Below, one piece after another: positions 1 through 12,251 of a DNA stretch of 64,000 bases. Within the stretch, counting starts at the first letter, position 1; each line of letters starts with the position of its first letter. This DNA comes from Eledone cirrhosa (Eukaryota). Where the stretch lies: the NCBI GenBank assembly GCA_964016885.1, contig OZ024740.1:238824001-238888000 (forward strand), read 5' to 3'. The position numbers and the translations under genes were made by a program. A model generated the notes under the pieces. That model saw only the letters and a program-made list of their open reading frames with translations. It did no database searches and had not been told where the DNA came from.

Positions 1-51
1 GGGTGTATTGAACCTGTGCCAGCATAGAAACACTGACAAGAAATCATTGAT

Positions 52-65
52 GATGGTGGTGGTGG

Positions 66-110
<45 letters not shown>

Positions 111-162
111 CGATGATGATGACGATGATGATGATGATGATGACGATGATGCTGATGATGAC

Positions 163-201
<39 letters not shown>

Positions 202-212
202 AATGATGATGA
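52..212. repeat. (GAT)n microsatellite, expanded retroelement tail
   Basis: Direct trinucleotide repeat; explains the poly-M and poly-H ORFs. Confidence 0.95.
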
Positions 213-385
213 TTCTCAGACACCTGAACTGATGAAGAAGCCAATAACAGTAGTAATGATAACAACATCTGATGACATCTAATTCAACTGATAAAAGAAC
301 TAAGAAACGATTTCTATCTCCTGTTTTTTTTTCTATCTCACTATAAGTTTGATTAACAAGAAAAGCTGATTTTTTTCATTTTCAG

Positions 386-516
386 TCAGCAGGTATTGGA
401 GGTGCAGCCCATTTGATCAATTTTGAAGGGACTGATACGATAGCAGCTTTAACAATAGCCAAGAATTTTTATAATTGTGATATTGCAGGATACTCTATTC
501 CTGCTGCAGAGCATAG
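386..516 (+). CDS. NAMPT: Nicotinamide phosphoribosyltransferase, internal exon (upstream exons lie outside the window)
   Basis: ttcag|TCA...CATAG|gtaag. Translates SAGIGGAAHLINFEGTDTIAALTIAKNFYNCDIAGYSIPAAEH(S), matching the NAMPT motifs AHLVNFKGTDT and GYSVPAAEHS; ends in phase 2. Confidence 0.95.
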
Positions 517-717
517 GTAAGAAGTACTTAACAGTAATTTGTTGTTTTAACTAGAAATACAAATCCTGAAGAAGGTAGTATTACAAGATTACACATTCAA
601 AGTTATTTAACCACTTCATACAAATAGAAAATCATTAAAATGTGACAATAGGTGGCTGGTATGAAGGCATGCAGTCTAATGATTACAGTGTTGAGCTCCC
701 AATTATAAGGTTCATCA

Positions 718-1056
718 TTCATCATCATTTCATTTTACGTCCGCTTTTTCCCTGCTTGCAAGGGTGGGACGGGAACTGATTCTGGCTTGATTTCTACAGC
801 TGGATGCCCTTCCTAACACCAACCTCATTTACAGTGAGTGCTGGGTGCTTTTTTGCCATGGCGCCTCCACGACCACTTTGCAGTGGAATGATATGGACCC
901 CAGTCCCTATCATCTCATTTCTACAGCTGAGTAAACTGGAGCAATGTGAAATAAAGTGTCTTGCTCAAGGAAACAACACATCACCCGGTCTGAGAATTGA
1001 ACTCACAACCTTTCGATTGCAAGGCCAATGCTCTAATCACTAAGCCATGGGCCTCC
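718..1056 (-). mobile_element. tRNA-derived SINE with CORE-like domain and RTE-type tail
   Basis: Minus strand has A box TGGCTTAGTGA, B box GAGTTCAATTC, CCTTGAGCAAGACACTT and a (GAT)n tail; near-identical copy at 31948-32293. Confidence 0.8.
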
Positions 1057-2981
1057 ATCAAGGTTGTGGGTTCAATTCCCAGACTGAGAGGCACAATCCA
1101 CTGTCAATACTGTCAAATGACTTATACACACATACACCTCACAATCACCTTCTTCTTCTTCTTCTTCTTCTTCTTCTTCTTCTTCTTTGCCCACTTATTC
1201 ATGAGAGAATCGTGGGGGCAGAGCCCTCAAATACTCCTTCCAGTGGGTCCTGTCAGAAGCAACCATCTCCAACAGATCTAGCTAGATCCCCAAACGAGAT
1301 CAGCTGAGTTCATAGATGTTTCCAACCATTTTGCTTAGAGTCTACCCCTGTGGCTCCTGCCAGTTGGTTTTGCCCGTAAAATCTTTTCAGTGATTCTTTG
1401 CTGAAACACTCTAACCACATGCCCGTAACAGTAGAGCTGTGATCCCTCAATTTGGAGAAGTAGCAGTTGTACCTGATACAGTCACACTCCACTCAAATAA
1501 CACAAACTTCACACAGAAAATATTCTACACAATCAGGATGATGATGATGATGATATTCTTCATAATCCCCTTCCGGTATCAGATTTAGAACAAATGAGGC
1601 CCTGTGCTAGTTAAGTTATGAGGCCCCTTACTTGGGGCCTGTGCTTAAGCACACCTAAGCACAATGGTAAATCCGGCATTATCCCCTTCCACTATATAGC
1701 TCACTCAGTACATACTCCACATAATCATCTCTTAGGTCCTAATAGACACACCCAACTCTCTCCTCTCATACCCCACACTGTGCCTCTTCAGTCCCCACAC
1801 TAACCTTATTTCTTAAACATTCTTCCCCAGAGCACTAGGCTCCTATTGGCCAGAGGGGTGGCCCATCTTCCTGCCAAAAACATTTTCACAATGAATTTTT
1901 CAAATGTTTGGGACCTCATAACTTAACTAGCATAGGGTCTCATTTGTCCTAAATCTGGCACTGGTTTCAGCTGAAGATAATCCATATTGTTCTCACCAAT
2001 CTTGGAGAGCATATTAAGATCATGGACACTGCTCTCTTTTCTGATTAAGCTGTAAACAAAATCACCTCCCAAAATTCTAACACAATGAAGTGGCTGTTCC
2101 AGTGCATTTCCCTCACTGCCCTCCAGAGGCAATGTATTCTCCATTCTGTCAGCCAGAACCAAGAGGCAGAGGGTAAGATAGTTGGAGATGGAGGATACCC
2201 ATTCAGATGTCTCACATATACACACATGATCAACCACTTACACAATCCAATGAGTTAATTAACAGAACTTCATTTGTCATAGGCCAATATTTAATTTACA
2301 CAATACAAACTTTACACAAAAAATATTCCACACTATCAACTCCCAATACTCTTAACTCTTTTACAATAAATGGAGCAACTCTAAAACAAAACAACAATAA
2401 ATTGCAAAAACAATTCCACAATTCAGCAATGTTTTCAGAAGGGTAAAGTCAACTCAAGTAATCTCCACCATTTGACTTGACTAGTACTTATTTTATCAAT
2501 TCTGAGAAGATAAAAGACAAAGTCAAACTAGGTGGAATTAAATTCAGAACATAAAGAGTTTATCATTAACCTGTTAACTGCTGCATATATTTTACATAGC
2601 TACAGTTACTGTGTTGGGTTTTTGTTCCAGTAAAATGACTATTTTTTTAAACAAACATTTATTAACAATACATATCTTAATGATTGACAAACGTCATATC
2701 AATAAACTAGTAACTCCATCTAGCTTTGAAGTTATGAACTGTTGGAAAAGAGTTGAAACATGTTAGGACAAGTTATCTCGTCCATGGCACTGGAATGTAT
2801 AAATGTTAGGCCGAGTTATCTCATCTACAGCACTGAAGAGGTCAAATACCACACGGCATTTGGTTCAGGGCTCAACATATTGTAATGTTTATATAATTAT
2901 TTCAAATTCCAATTATTCTTATTAATGGCTATTACTATGTTAGGGAAATATCAATGACATATTTTATTTCCTTATTTGAAG

Positions 2982-3210
2982 CACTATAACAACTTGGCAA
3001 AAAGATGGAGAGGTGAATGGATTCCGAAATATGTTGGAGAAATTTCCACAAGGTGTCGTTGCATGTGTTAGTGACAGCTATAATATCTGGAATGCATGTG
3101 AGAACCTTTGGGGAGAACATTTAAAAGACATCATTGTTGAAAGAGGGGAACGCAATGCCCGATTAGTTGTAAGACCAGACTCTGGAAATCCCTCTGAAGT
3201 TGTTATCAAG
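2982..3210 (+). CDS. NAMPT: NAMPT internal exon
   Basis: gaag|C ACT ATA...ATCAAG|gtaaa. TITTWQKDGEVNGFRNMLEKFPQGVVACVSDSYNIWNACENLWG...VVRPDSGNPSEVVIK contains the VSDSY and RPDSG motifs; phase matches the previous exon. Confidence 0.95.
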
Positions 3211-3351
3211 GTAAAATTATTTTACTGGAATTCTTACCAAATCTTAGAGTTGTATTTTACTTACAACCTGTCTAACCCATGCAGGCATTAAAAAATAGAC
3301 TTTAAAAGATGATTAAGATGATATACACACACAGCCACAAACACATATACA

Positions 3352-3510
<159 letters not shown>

Positions 3511-3590
3511 CGAAGGAAATGTGGTAAGGAACCGGGTGGACCATAACGCACCAAAGTACTCAATACTTGAGGTAGTAGAGTGGGTAATAG

Positions 3591-3706
3591 GAACCAGTAA
3601 GACCCCGACAGCTGAGCTCAAGCCGTTTCGACGGGTAATTCTGGGAATTTAATTCCCAGAATTAGCCGTCGAAACGGCTTGAGCTCAGCTGTCGGGGTCT
3701 TACTGG

Positions 3707-3709
<3 letters not shown>
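3591..3709. repeat. Near-perfect palindrome (59-bp arms), Penelope-type remnant
   Basis: Arms are reverse complements with one mismatch around a 1-nt centre at 3650. Confidence 0.9.
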
Positions 3710-3756
<47 letters not shown>

Positions 3757-3808
3757 TATATTTGTTTTGGAAGGTTTTTGATATGAAATCGTGTGTCGAA
3801 ACAAACAA

Positions 3809-4620
3809 ATATTGTTATACTTGGGGAGGGTCATATTGTTGTAATATTGCCAGAAATAATAACAGTACACACTCACTGTTTGGTTGGTTTTCGCTTCTGT
3901 ATCTTTTATGTCTCCATAGTTAATTTTATTTGGTAATCAATGATAAACATTGATTGACCAGCGGTTAAAAATACAGATATAAATATATATATATAGTCTA
4001 TCAAAGTTCTTTTGTTGCACATCTGCAACATCATCAGTGGTATTATTATGTTTCCTCCCATTGTATTGTAATGTCTACGCCACTTTTTATTTAATTAATT
4101 TATTTATTTATTCTTGTCTCTGTTTCTGTGCATGCGTTTGTGTGTATGTATAATGTTTGGTGTGTGTTCGCTTTGAGTGTATGTGTTTTTGTTTTTGTAT
4201 TCTATCTTTGTTCACTAGTGTGTGTTTATATGTGTATGTTGCTATTGTACTTGTGAACACACACACCAAACATACACACATGCAAACACATGCGCAGAGA
4301 CAGAGACAAAAATAAATAGATAAATAAATAAAATAAAAAATGGCGTAGACATTACATTACAATACAATGGGAGGACACATAATAGTACCACTGATGATGT
4401 TGCAGATGTGCAACAAAAGAACTTTGATAGACTATATATATATATTTATATCGGTATTTTTAACCGCTGGTCTATCAACGATAAACAATGATTGTCAAAT
4501 AAATTAACTATGGAGATATAAAAGATACAGAAGCGAAAACCAACCAAACAGTGAGTGTGTTCTGTTATTATTTCTGGCAATATTATTACAACAATATGAC
4601 CCTCCCCAAGTATAACAATA
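3809..4620. repeat. Long inverted repeat, arms about 360 bp
   Basis: 3809-4169 is the diverged reverse complement of 4255-4620. Confidence 0.9.
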
Positions 4621-4631
4621 TAGATATATTA

Positions 4632-4781
4632 ATTTATTAAAATAACAGATTAAAGTTTAAGCAAAGAATCGCTGCTTTCACCCTTAATGGGATCTTCTGA
4701 AACTCTTGAGTTTCAGAAGATCCTGTTAAGGGTGAAAGCAGCGATTCTTTGCTTAAACTTTAATCTGTTATTTTAATAAAT
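4632..4781. repeat. Palindrome with 74-bp arms
   Basis: Two mismatches; 2-nt centre at 4706-4707. Confidence 0.9.
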
Positions 4782-5804
4782 ATTTGCTCTATGGTTTTTT
4801 TATATATATTTATATATATATTATCCTTATCGAGCCCTCTTCGGATTTTAGTCTTCACATTTATTATTATTACTATTATATATATATATACAAATTAATT
4901 GAAGATATATATATATTTATACATAAGTATAGACATACATATGATGAAGTCCCACCAATGCAGTTGGGACATCAAAGTGAATAGGTAAATTTATTCTTAT
5001 CTTGTTTACTTTTCCCAAATATGATTTTATATATAGAGAGAGTCGGGGCCTAACGGCTGAGCTCTTGCCATTTTGACAGGAAATTCCACTGGAATTTTCT
5101 CTCAAAACAGCAAGAGCTCAGCTGTTGGGCCCCAACTCTAATATATTTACACTCTACTATCCCAAGTATCGAGTCCTCTACTGAATAATGGTCTTACTAG
5201 TTTAAAACAGGTAATCTTGATATATCTATCTCTCTCTCTCTATATATATATATAAAAGGTGTTAAAATACTGAAATTTCTTTCACAATTTACCTCACTAT
5301 TATTAATTTTTTTAATGGAAAGTTTTGGTGGAGAGATATAGCACCTACAGTGCTGCAGCCCCTGTCCAACTCGTGAATAAACTTCTCATCCATTACATCA
5401 GCCATTCCACCTAACTGGGTTCCTTCCTCATGCAACATGTAGAAGAAAACAGCAATCTGGTGGTGATTAGGTGTATAGCTAGTGGTGTATAGCCAAAGTA
5501 GTAAAGTCGACACTGGAGAGCAATATTTGTATTTGCCTTTTATTTTATTCTTTCTGAAATGAAAGTAAATACAAATATTGTTAGGGAGGTTTACTTAACA
5601 CAATTACTGCTGGGCTCCCTGCAAAACTTGGCCAAAAACACTGAAGAAATTACTAATCTTTAAAATTAACATAAAATAGTTTCTACAATGTTTTTGCATT
5701 ATATTTTACTGATTTATTTCAAAACCTGGTAAAGAAAATTGTGTATAAATTTCTTTGAACTGAAACAAAGAATTAGTGCTGTTATTTCTCATTGAAATGT
5801 AAAT

Positions 5805-6155
5805 GTGAGAGAAAGGCAGAGCTTGGATGAGCTGAGAGAGAAGCTGGGCTGAAGGGGAATCTGAGGTGGTTTGCAGGAGAGAAGACTGCATTGGTATGGA
5901 CATGTGATGTGCATGGACAATGACCGATGGGTGAAGAAATACCAGGAAATCCCAGTGGAAGGAAGCTGCAATAGAGAACAACCAAGAAAGACCTGGGAAA
6001 AGGTTGTGAGAGTGGAGTTCAAATCGCTAAGACTGGCAGAGGAGATGTCGAAGGAACGCGACAAGTGGAGAGATATTGTGCTGAGTAGGACCAAGCCAAA
6101 CCATGTAAACGTGGAAAAGTGAATGTAAAAATGAAGATTATGATTATGATGATGA
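5805..6155 (+). mobile_element. 5'-truncated RTE-clade LINE 3' fragment
   Basis: QERRLHWYGHVMCMD...PRKTW motif followed by a (GAT)n tail. Confidence 0.85.
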
Positions 6156-6658
6156 TATCTGGTCCTGCTTAGAGCCTGTTGGTTTTGATTGTGGTAACAG
6201 TAGGTACACAGAGGGAATAACCCTTTTCCTGTTTGGGAGGAGTAAATCACTAATTAAGGATGCCACATGTTGCAACATGCTCTCCAGTGTCGACTTTACT
6301 ACTTTGGCTATACACCTAGGCACCACTAGCTATACACCTAATCACCACCAGATTGCTGTTTTCTTCTACATGTTGCATGAGGAAGGAACCCAGTTAGGTG
6401 GAATGGCTGATGTAATGGATGTTGCTGGCTGTTCACTACAGCAATGTTTTTGCCATCATGTCTGCGATGTGCAGCTGAGATCTACCACCCAACCAAGAGT
6501 GTAGGGTTTGCTCTCTCTCTCCTTGCCCCTTCTCCATTTTTATTCAATTTTTTCCTCTCTTTCTTTTTTCCCTCTTTTTCTGTTTATTATATATTTATTG
6601 TTTTAATACTTTCATTATTCTATACTTTTGTTTGTTAATAAATTTATCACACTTATAA

Positions 6659-6967
<309 letters not shown>

Positions 6968-7493
6968 TAAGTTATTTTGTAATATTTTGGTTGTAAATTA
7001 TCAATTACTGTTTTTTTTTTTTTTTAATATACAATATTGTAGTGTGTCTGGAGAAAGAATATTTTCTTAACCGAGATGTCTTATTTGAATTCAGTCAAAA
7101 TATAACACTAAAAGCAGAAAATGTGATCACTTTAAACCCTTTAGCATTTACATTACTTGAAGGGCCGCAAATTTCATACAGCGTTGTGCCTCAGCAGGTG
7201 AAAGTTTAGACCTGTTAGGGAAAAATTTGATATGAAGATATTTCCATGTCATAAGAAGTGACTAAAAGGGTTAGCATTAGTAATGGCGTCCAGCTGCAAA
7301 ACACTGTAGTAAAACATTCTATCCAACCTATACAAGCAAGGAAAAGTGAATGTAAAAATAATGATGAGGATGATACCCACTGTCCAATGTGTCACCATCC
7401 ACCATCCCTTGTTATACAGGCAGTGTTATGGAAGTTAGGAGGCACAGTGATAAGGAAATCTGAGTGATAAATGAGAGTGTGAGACCATAAATA

Positions 7494-7798
7494 AGAAAAC
7501 AGCACAGCTCCCATGACTTTCGTAGACATTTTTTCATGCTCAGAGTTGCTGAAGCATGGAACAAACTGCCTGCATCAGTTGTTAGCTGCCGAGACACTGC
7601 ATCCTTTAAGACACTCATGCTTCCCAAAATACGCCAAAACTACACCTGATGTACCCCTTCCATACACATGCACACATGTGTGTATCATGACTCGTACACT
7701 GTTCATTTTACTGATGTTTGTGCATTGCCCTATGTACTGTACATGCACTTTTTGATGAGTTGTGGTGCACCTGAGCACTGTACACAATATTTCATTAC

Positions 7799-7833
<35 letters not shown>

Positions 7834-7968
7834 CATGACTCATATACTGTTCATTTTCCTGACATTTGTACATTATTCTATGTACTATACATGCACCTTT
7901 GATGAGTTGTAGTGCACCTGAGCACTGTACGCAATAATTTCATTATTATTATTATTATTATTATTATA
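7494..7968 (+). mobile_element. CR1-group LINE 3' end with a second tandem 3' UTR copy
   Basis: Matches 59498-59811 (FF.LRVAEAWNKLP); two (ATT)n tails. Confidence 0.85.
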
Positions 7969-8759
7969 AGAACAAAGATGATTGGTGACAGGGAGTCTTA
8001 GTAAGAACATGTGTAAGAGAGACCTCAATGCATATATTATACTCACATAATTTCATTCATACAATCATCCTCATTTTTATATTCAGTTTTTTTCCATGTT
8101 AGCATGGGTTGAGCAGATTTTCTTTTAGGTAGCATTTCTTCACCAGTGTATCTTTAGTTTGTATTAGATAAATTGTATAGAATTCCTACCTACTCTTCTT
8201 CTGTATATCAAGCTCAGTCATTTGCCATTGGCAGTATTTCAACAGTACATGAAGGTTGACAGAGACATCATCTCAGAACTTATGAAACTGACAGAGGAAA
8301 GCAACCTAACACAGAAAGTGAAAGATACATTGGACAACTTTGTATGCTTAATATTCTGTCCAAGGATCTTCCTGCATTAAGTGGTATCTGTTTTGTAAAC
8401 AGAAGATTGCAGCAAGTTGCCACCTAATATAGCAATGTCTGTCTAAAGTCTGTCTCAAGCTTAAATGTTCAGTAGGCTGATGCTTATCCCAGTTTTTGTG
8501 GCATGAAGTGACTGAGAGTAGAAAACTGCCCCTTGGACAGGATGCCAGTCCATCACAAGGTTAAACCTCCAGTTATTGCTGGTACCTATTTTTAGCTGAG
8601 TATACTGGAGCAACGTGAAATGAAGTGTTTTGCTCAAGAACACAACATGTGACCCAGTCGAGGAATTGAAACGATGACATGTAAGTCCAACACCCTTAGC
8701 TCTAGACCTCCTCCAGCAATGACTGTATGACCTGGTTATTATCAGATTGACTATAGTAA

Positions 8760-8900
8760 GATATTACCTACCACCATGAAGGTTCCACCTGCACCACAGG
8801 CCATTGTAGAGCTCATCATATATCAGTGTAAAGCCCATTAATCAATCCAGAGGTATTTCTGCAGGAAACACCACTTTATTTGCACAGATCTTTGTGTGGA
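8760..8900 (+). pseudogene. Degenerate transposon-associated CXC (tesmin/TSO1-like) domain fragment
   Basis: KVPPAPQAIVELIIYQCKAH*SIQRYFCRKHHFICTDLC resembles the P..LLEL..C.C...C....C.C.K..L.CT..C pattern; contains a stop. Confidence 0.45.
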
Positions 8901-8983
8901 AATATCTATGAAACTGTAATGCTGAAAACAGCACTCAAGATAGTGATGAAGATCTGTAAAAACATATTCCTGAATGATATATA

Positions 8984-9102
8984 TCTTTCTTTATTTGCCA
9001 CAGGGGCACACAAAAATGGGACATTACAAGACGTGATGGCGGGGGTTTTACATAAAATCTTTAACAATGATAAATAACAATAAACTATATAAAAATAAAA
9101 CA
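8984..9102 (-). mobile_element. Tx1/L1-type 3' end with 18-bp target-site duplication
   Basis: Reverse complement of about 14215-14350; ATTCCTGAATGATATATA at 8966-8983 and 9103-9120. Confidence 0.8.
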
Positions 9103-10457
9103 ATTCCTGAATGATATATACTTAGTAGATCCTGTGTGTAGAACTTTTAATGTAACCTAATTACTAACAAGACTACTTTCTTGCTTTATAAACCTACTCA
9201 ATATAACATTATTGGATTCCTTGACTCAGAAAACATAGGATTAGTATATTTCATTAAGTTTCTAGATTGAGTATATGCTAGGATAGCTTAAAATTTATAT
9301 TCTATTGTGGCCATTTTGAAAATCAAATATATCAGCCATGCAGGTATCTGTGAAAATTTCAGCATTCTATATTTCCAAATATTTTGAATGGAATTATACC
9401 TGATTAAGAGTGGTGAGTTGGCAGAGTTGTTAGAATGTCAGATAGAGTGCTTTGTAGTATTCATTTTGACTCTCTGCTCTCAGATTCAAATCCTGCCAAG
9501 GTCAATTTTGCCTTTTATCTATTTAAAGTGGATAAAAAAGTACCAGTCTAGTATTGGGTTGATTCTTCCTCTCTTTCTCGTTTCCATTCTCTCACTCTCT
9601 ATCCTTCTCTGGAAGAAATCTGCTGTATTCAGACATGGAGAGGAGATGGGCTCTGCCAGATTTTAAAAGTCAATACAGCATCTCTATGACTCCCTTGGGA
9701 ATTATGGGACCATACATACTTGATTGACTATAGGAGTGACTAGCATGTTACCTACTTTGCCAGATATTTAGACATCTCAGCAACTGATGGTCCAGTTGTT
9801 TTCTTTGCCTTCATATACTTAACTGCATTTCCAACCATATAGCTTTCAGTTTCAATGGCTGATCCAATAGGATTCTCCTCATCCCAAAACCACTTATAGT
9901 AACATTTTCCTACCTCTTTATTTTGGGATCATTGAGAGAAAGTATATTGCTCACATTCCTTATGCACTTCTCCCGCAATCTTTTTCTGGTACACTACCTT
10001 GCAATCTAGAATACCTCACATCTCTGAGCTTCACATTACAAAACATGCTGCTCAAATTAGGTTGTCTCATTGAAACTGCCAATTGTCCTGTACGTTATTA
10101 TATGTCTCTATCTCCTCCTCTTTCACATCATATGTGTCAACAAGTATTTTTCTAAACTTATGACTAGTCGAGGACTCATTCACACACTTAGCCAGATGCC
10201 TGTACCTTTAATTGATTTGCTATTCATTCTTTTATTCCCCAATAAACTATTTCCAATAATTATTAACACAGATGTTCACCTACATTTATTATAGTTTTGA
10301 TTCAGATTTGGGCATGTTTCTACTGCTGGATACCCTTCCTATCACAAAATCACTTTATAGTGTGGACTTAGTGCACTTACCCCACCACCCTCACTAGAGA
10401 AGTTATCTGCCAAGACTGAAACATTCCTTCTAAATGTCAAGAGAGGCGTAGCGATAA

Positions 10458-10497
<40 letters not shown>

Positions 10498-10683
10498 CAC
10501 ATATATATATATATATATATACATATATACTGGCGTTAGGAAGGGCATCCAGCACTAGAAACCAAACCAAAATCAATTCTGTATGAGCAAGACATGGTCA
10601 CCTGACCTAACATTGCCCACAACAGGACAACTCATCTAACCCATGCCAATGGGAAGGAATGGACCTAAAACGATGATGATGAC

Positions 10684-10735
<52 letters not shown>

Positions 10736-10739
<4 letters not shown>

Positions 10740-11387
10740 AGTAGTTCCACGACAGTTAATTCACCATTTCCGAGAACAATTGTTTCACCTTAGTCAGATC
10801 ATCCACCGTTTAAATGAGATTATAGAGAAAAGGAAAAACAATTATGCAAATACACATGTGCAGAAGAAGTTACTTCCCAAAGGGGAGGTAACTCACGTTA
10901 GATAGACGAGCGCTAATATTCTTTCTTCAATGCGCAGCCCACAAGATGGACTCCCTTTTCCATATGGCTTAGACTTAGTAATAACTTCCCATTGAATGGA
11001 GTAATCCACACCTGCTTCCTTGAGGGACCATATGTGGCTTGCAAACTTTGTAGACGATTGTTTGTCCGGGTATCTGAATGTCAACAGACGATTCAGGAAG
11101 CATTCTTTAAACCGGCCCTCCGCCATACCTACATAGGATTTGACCTCTTGTTGTTGACTTGGTTGGTTAGAAGTGACTACAGCTTTGTAAATTAGACGGG
11201 TGTATTGCACAGTTGTTGAAGAGTTCAAGCTTCAGACCGTCCTCAGTGACTTCTTCTGCACATGTGTATTTGTGTAATTGTTTTTGTTTTTTTTCGTATA
11301 ATCTCATTTAAACCGAGCTGATGATCCGACTAAGGTGAAACAGCTGTTCTCGGAAATGGTGAATTAACTGTTGTGGGACTACTTCTA
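10736..11387 (-). mobile_element. Penelope-like element fragment: GIY-YIG endonuclease flanked by inverted pseudo-LTRs
   Basis: ORF 10893-11228 IYKAVV...YVGMAEGRFK...HIWSLK...IQWEVI...CGLRIEE; inverted arms at 10736-10875 and 11245-11387. Confidence 0.85.
11313..11353 (+). ncRNA. Minimal type I hammerhead ribozyme motif
   Basis: CCGAG-CTGATGA-TCCGACTAAGGT-GAAA-CAGCTG-TT-CTCGG: stem I CCGAG/CTCGG, intact core, palindromic stem III. Confidence 0.75.
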
Positions 11388-11674
11388 CCAAACTCGTCCC
11401 ATGGGTTATATCCGTAGTAGTAGAGCACTCAGGTGTTCTACTACTATGGATATAACCCACCAGTGTTCTACTAATATATATATATATCATCATCATCATC
11501 ATCGATTAACATCTATCTTCCACGCTAGCATGGATTAGATGGGTTTGTCCTAATTAGAGGCAAGTTGGGTTGGGTGACCATGTCTCGCTCATTTAGGAGA
11601 GTATCTGGCTGGTTTTCTATGGCTGAACGCTCTTCCTAACACCAACCACACACACACACATACACACACATATA

Positions 11675-11725
<51 letters not shown>

Positions 11726-11752
11726 AAGTGTAAAAGGAGGCATGATTATAAT

Positions 11753-11929
11753 TGTTTCTAAGGCCAGCAATTATCCCAGTGTATTACTGGTACTTTATTT
11801 TATCGACCCCGTAAGGATGAAAGGCAAAGTTAACCTCGGCAGGATTTGAACTCAGACTGTAAAGGGACGTAACTGTACTGCAAAGCATGGCGTCCGACCC
11901 TCTACCGATCCTGCCAATCCACCGCCGGT
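11753..11929 (-). mobile_element. tRNA-derived SINE (Meta-like central domain) with 17-bp TSD
   Basis: B box GAGTTCAAATCC and TTGCCTTTCATCCTTACGGGGTCGATAAAATAAAGTACCAG; TSD GGAGGCATGATTATAAT at 11736-11752 and 11930-11946. Confidence 0.85.
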
Positions 11930-12128
11930 GGAGGCATGATTATAATATCATAAGATACTAATCACTACAGATTTATTCTGAAATGTTTTGTTTTATTGGA
12001 ATAATTTTTTTAAAATATACAAACCTGTCTCCTTGCTTAAGTGTAAAGTGCTTACTTGATAAAACTGAATTAAAACTATCTTTGGATCATCATTTCAAAT
12101 ATTATTTCAAAAATAATTTTATTTGCAG

Positions 12129-12251
12129 ATATCTGTCTTTAAACAACCTATCACTGATTCTGGAAAGAAAAGCAAAAAAGGCCGTTTGACTCTTGAACTG
12201 AAAGATGGTCAGTATGTGACAGTTCAGAGAGGGAAGGGTGATACTAATAAA
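12129..12251 (+). CDS. NAMPT: NAMPT penultimate coding exon
   Basis: tgcag|ATA...AAA|gtaagt, 41 codons. ISVFKQPITDSGKKSKKGRLTLELKDGQYVTVQRGKGDTNK contains the KSKKGRL motif. Not in the ORF track. Confidence 0.93.

Noticed and set aside
8-268. Poly-Met/poly-His ORFs, and likewise the YI-repeat (3288-3621) and LPTY-repeat (14451-14979) ORFs
   Set aside because: Translations of microsatellites.
6277-6504. Gypsy integrase similarity (TTSYTP)
   Set aside because: The motif is too short and has no flanking DDE residues.
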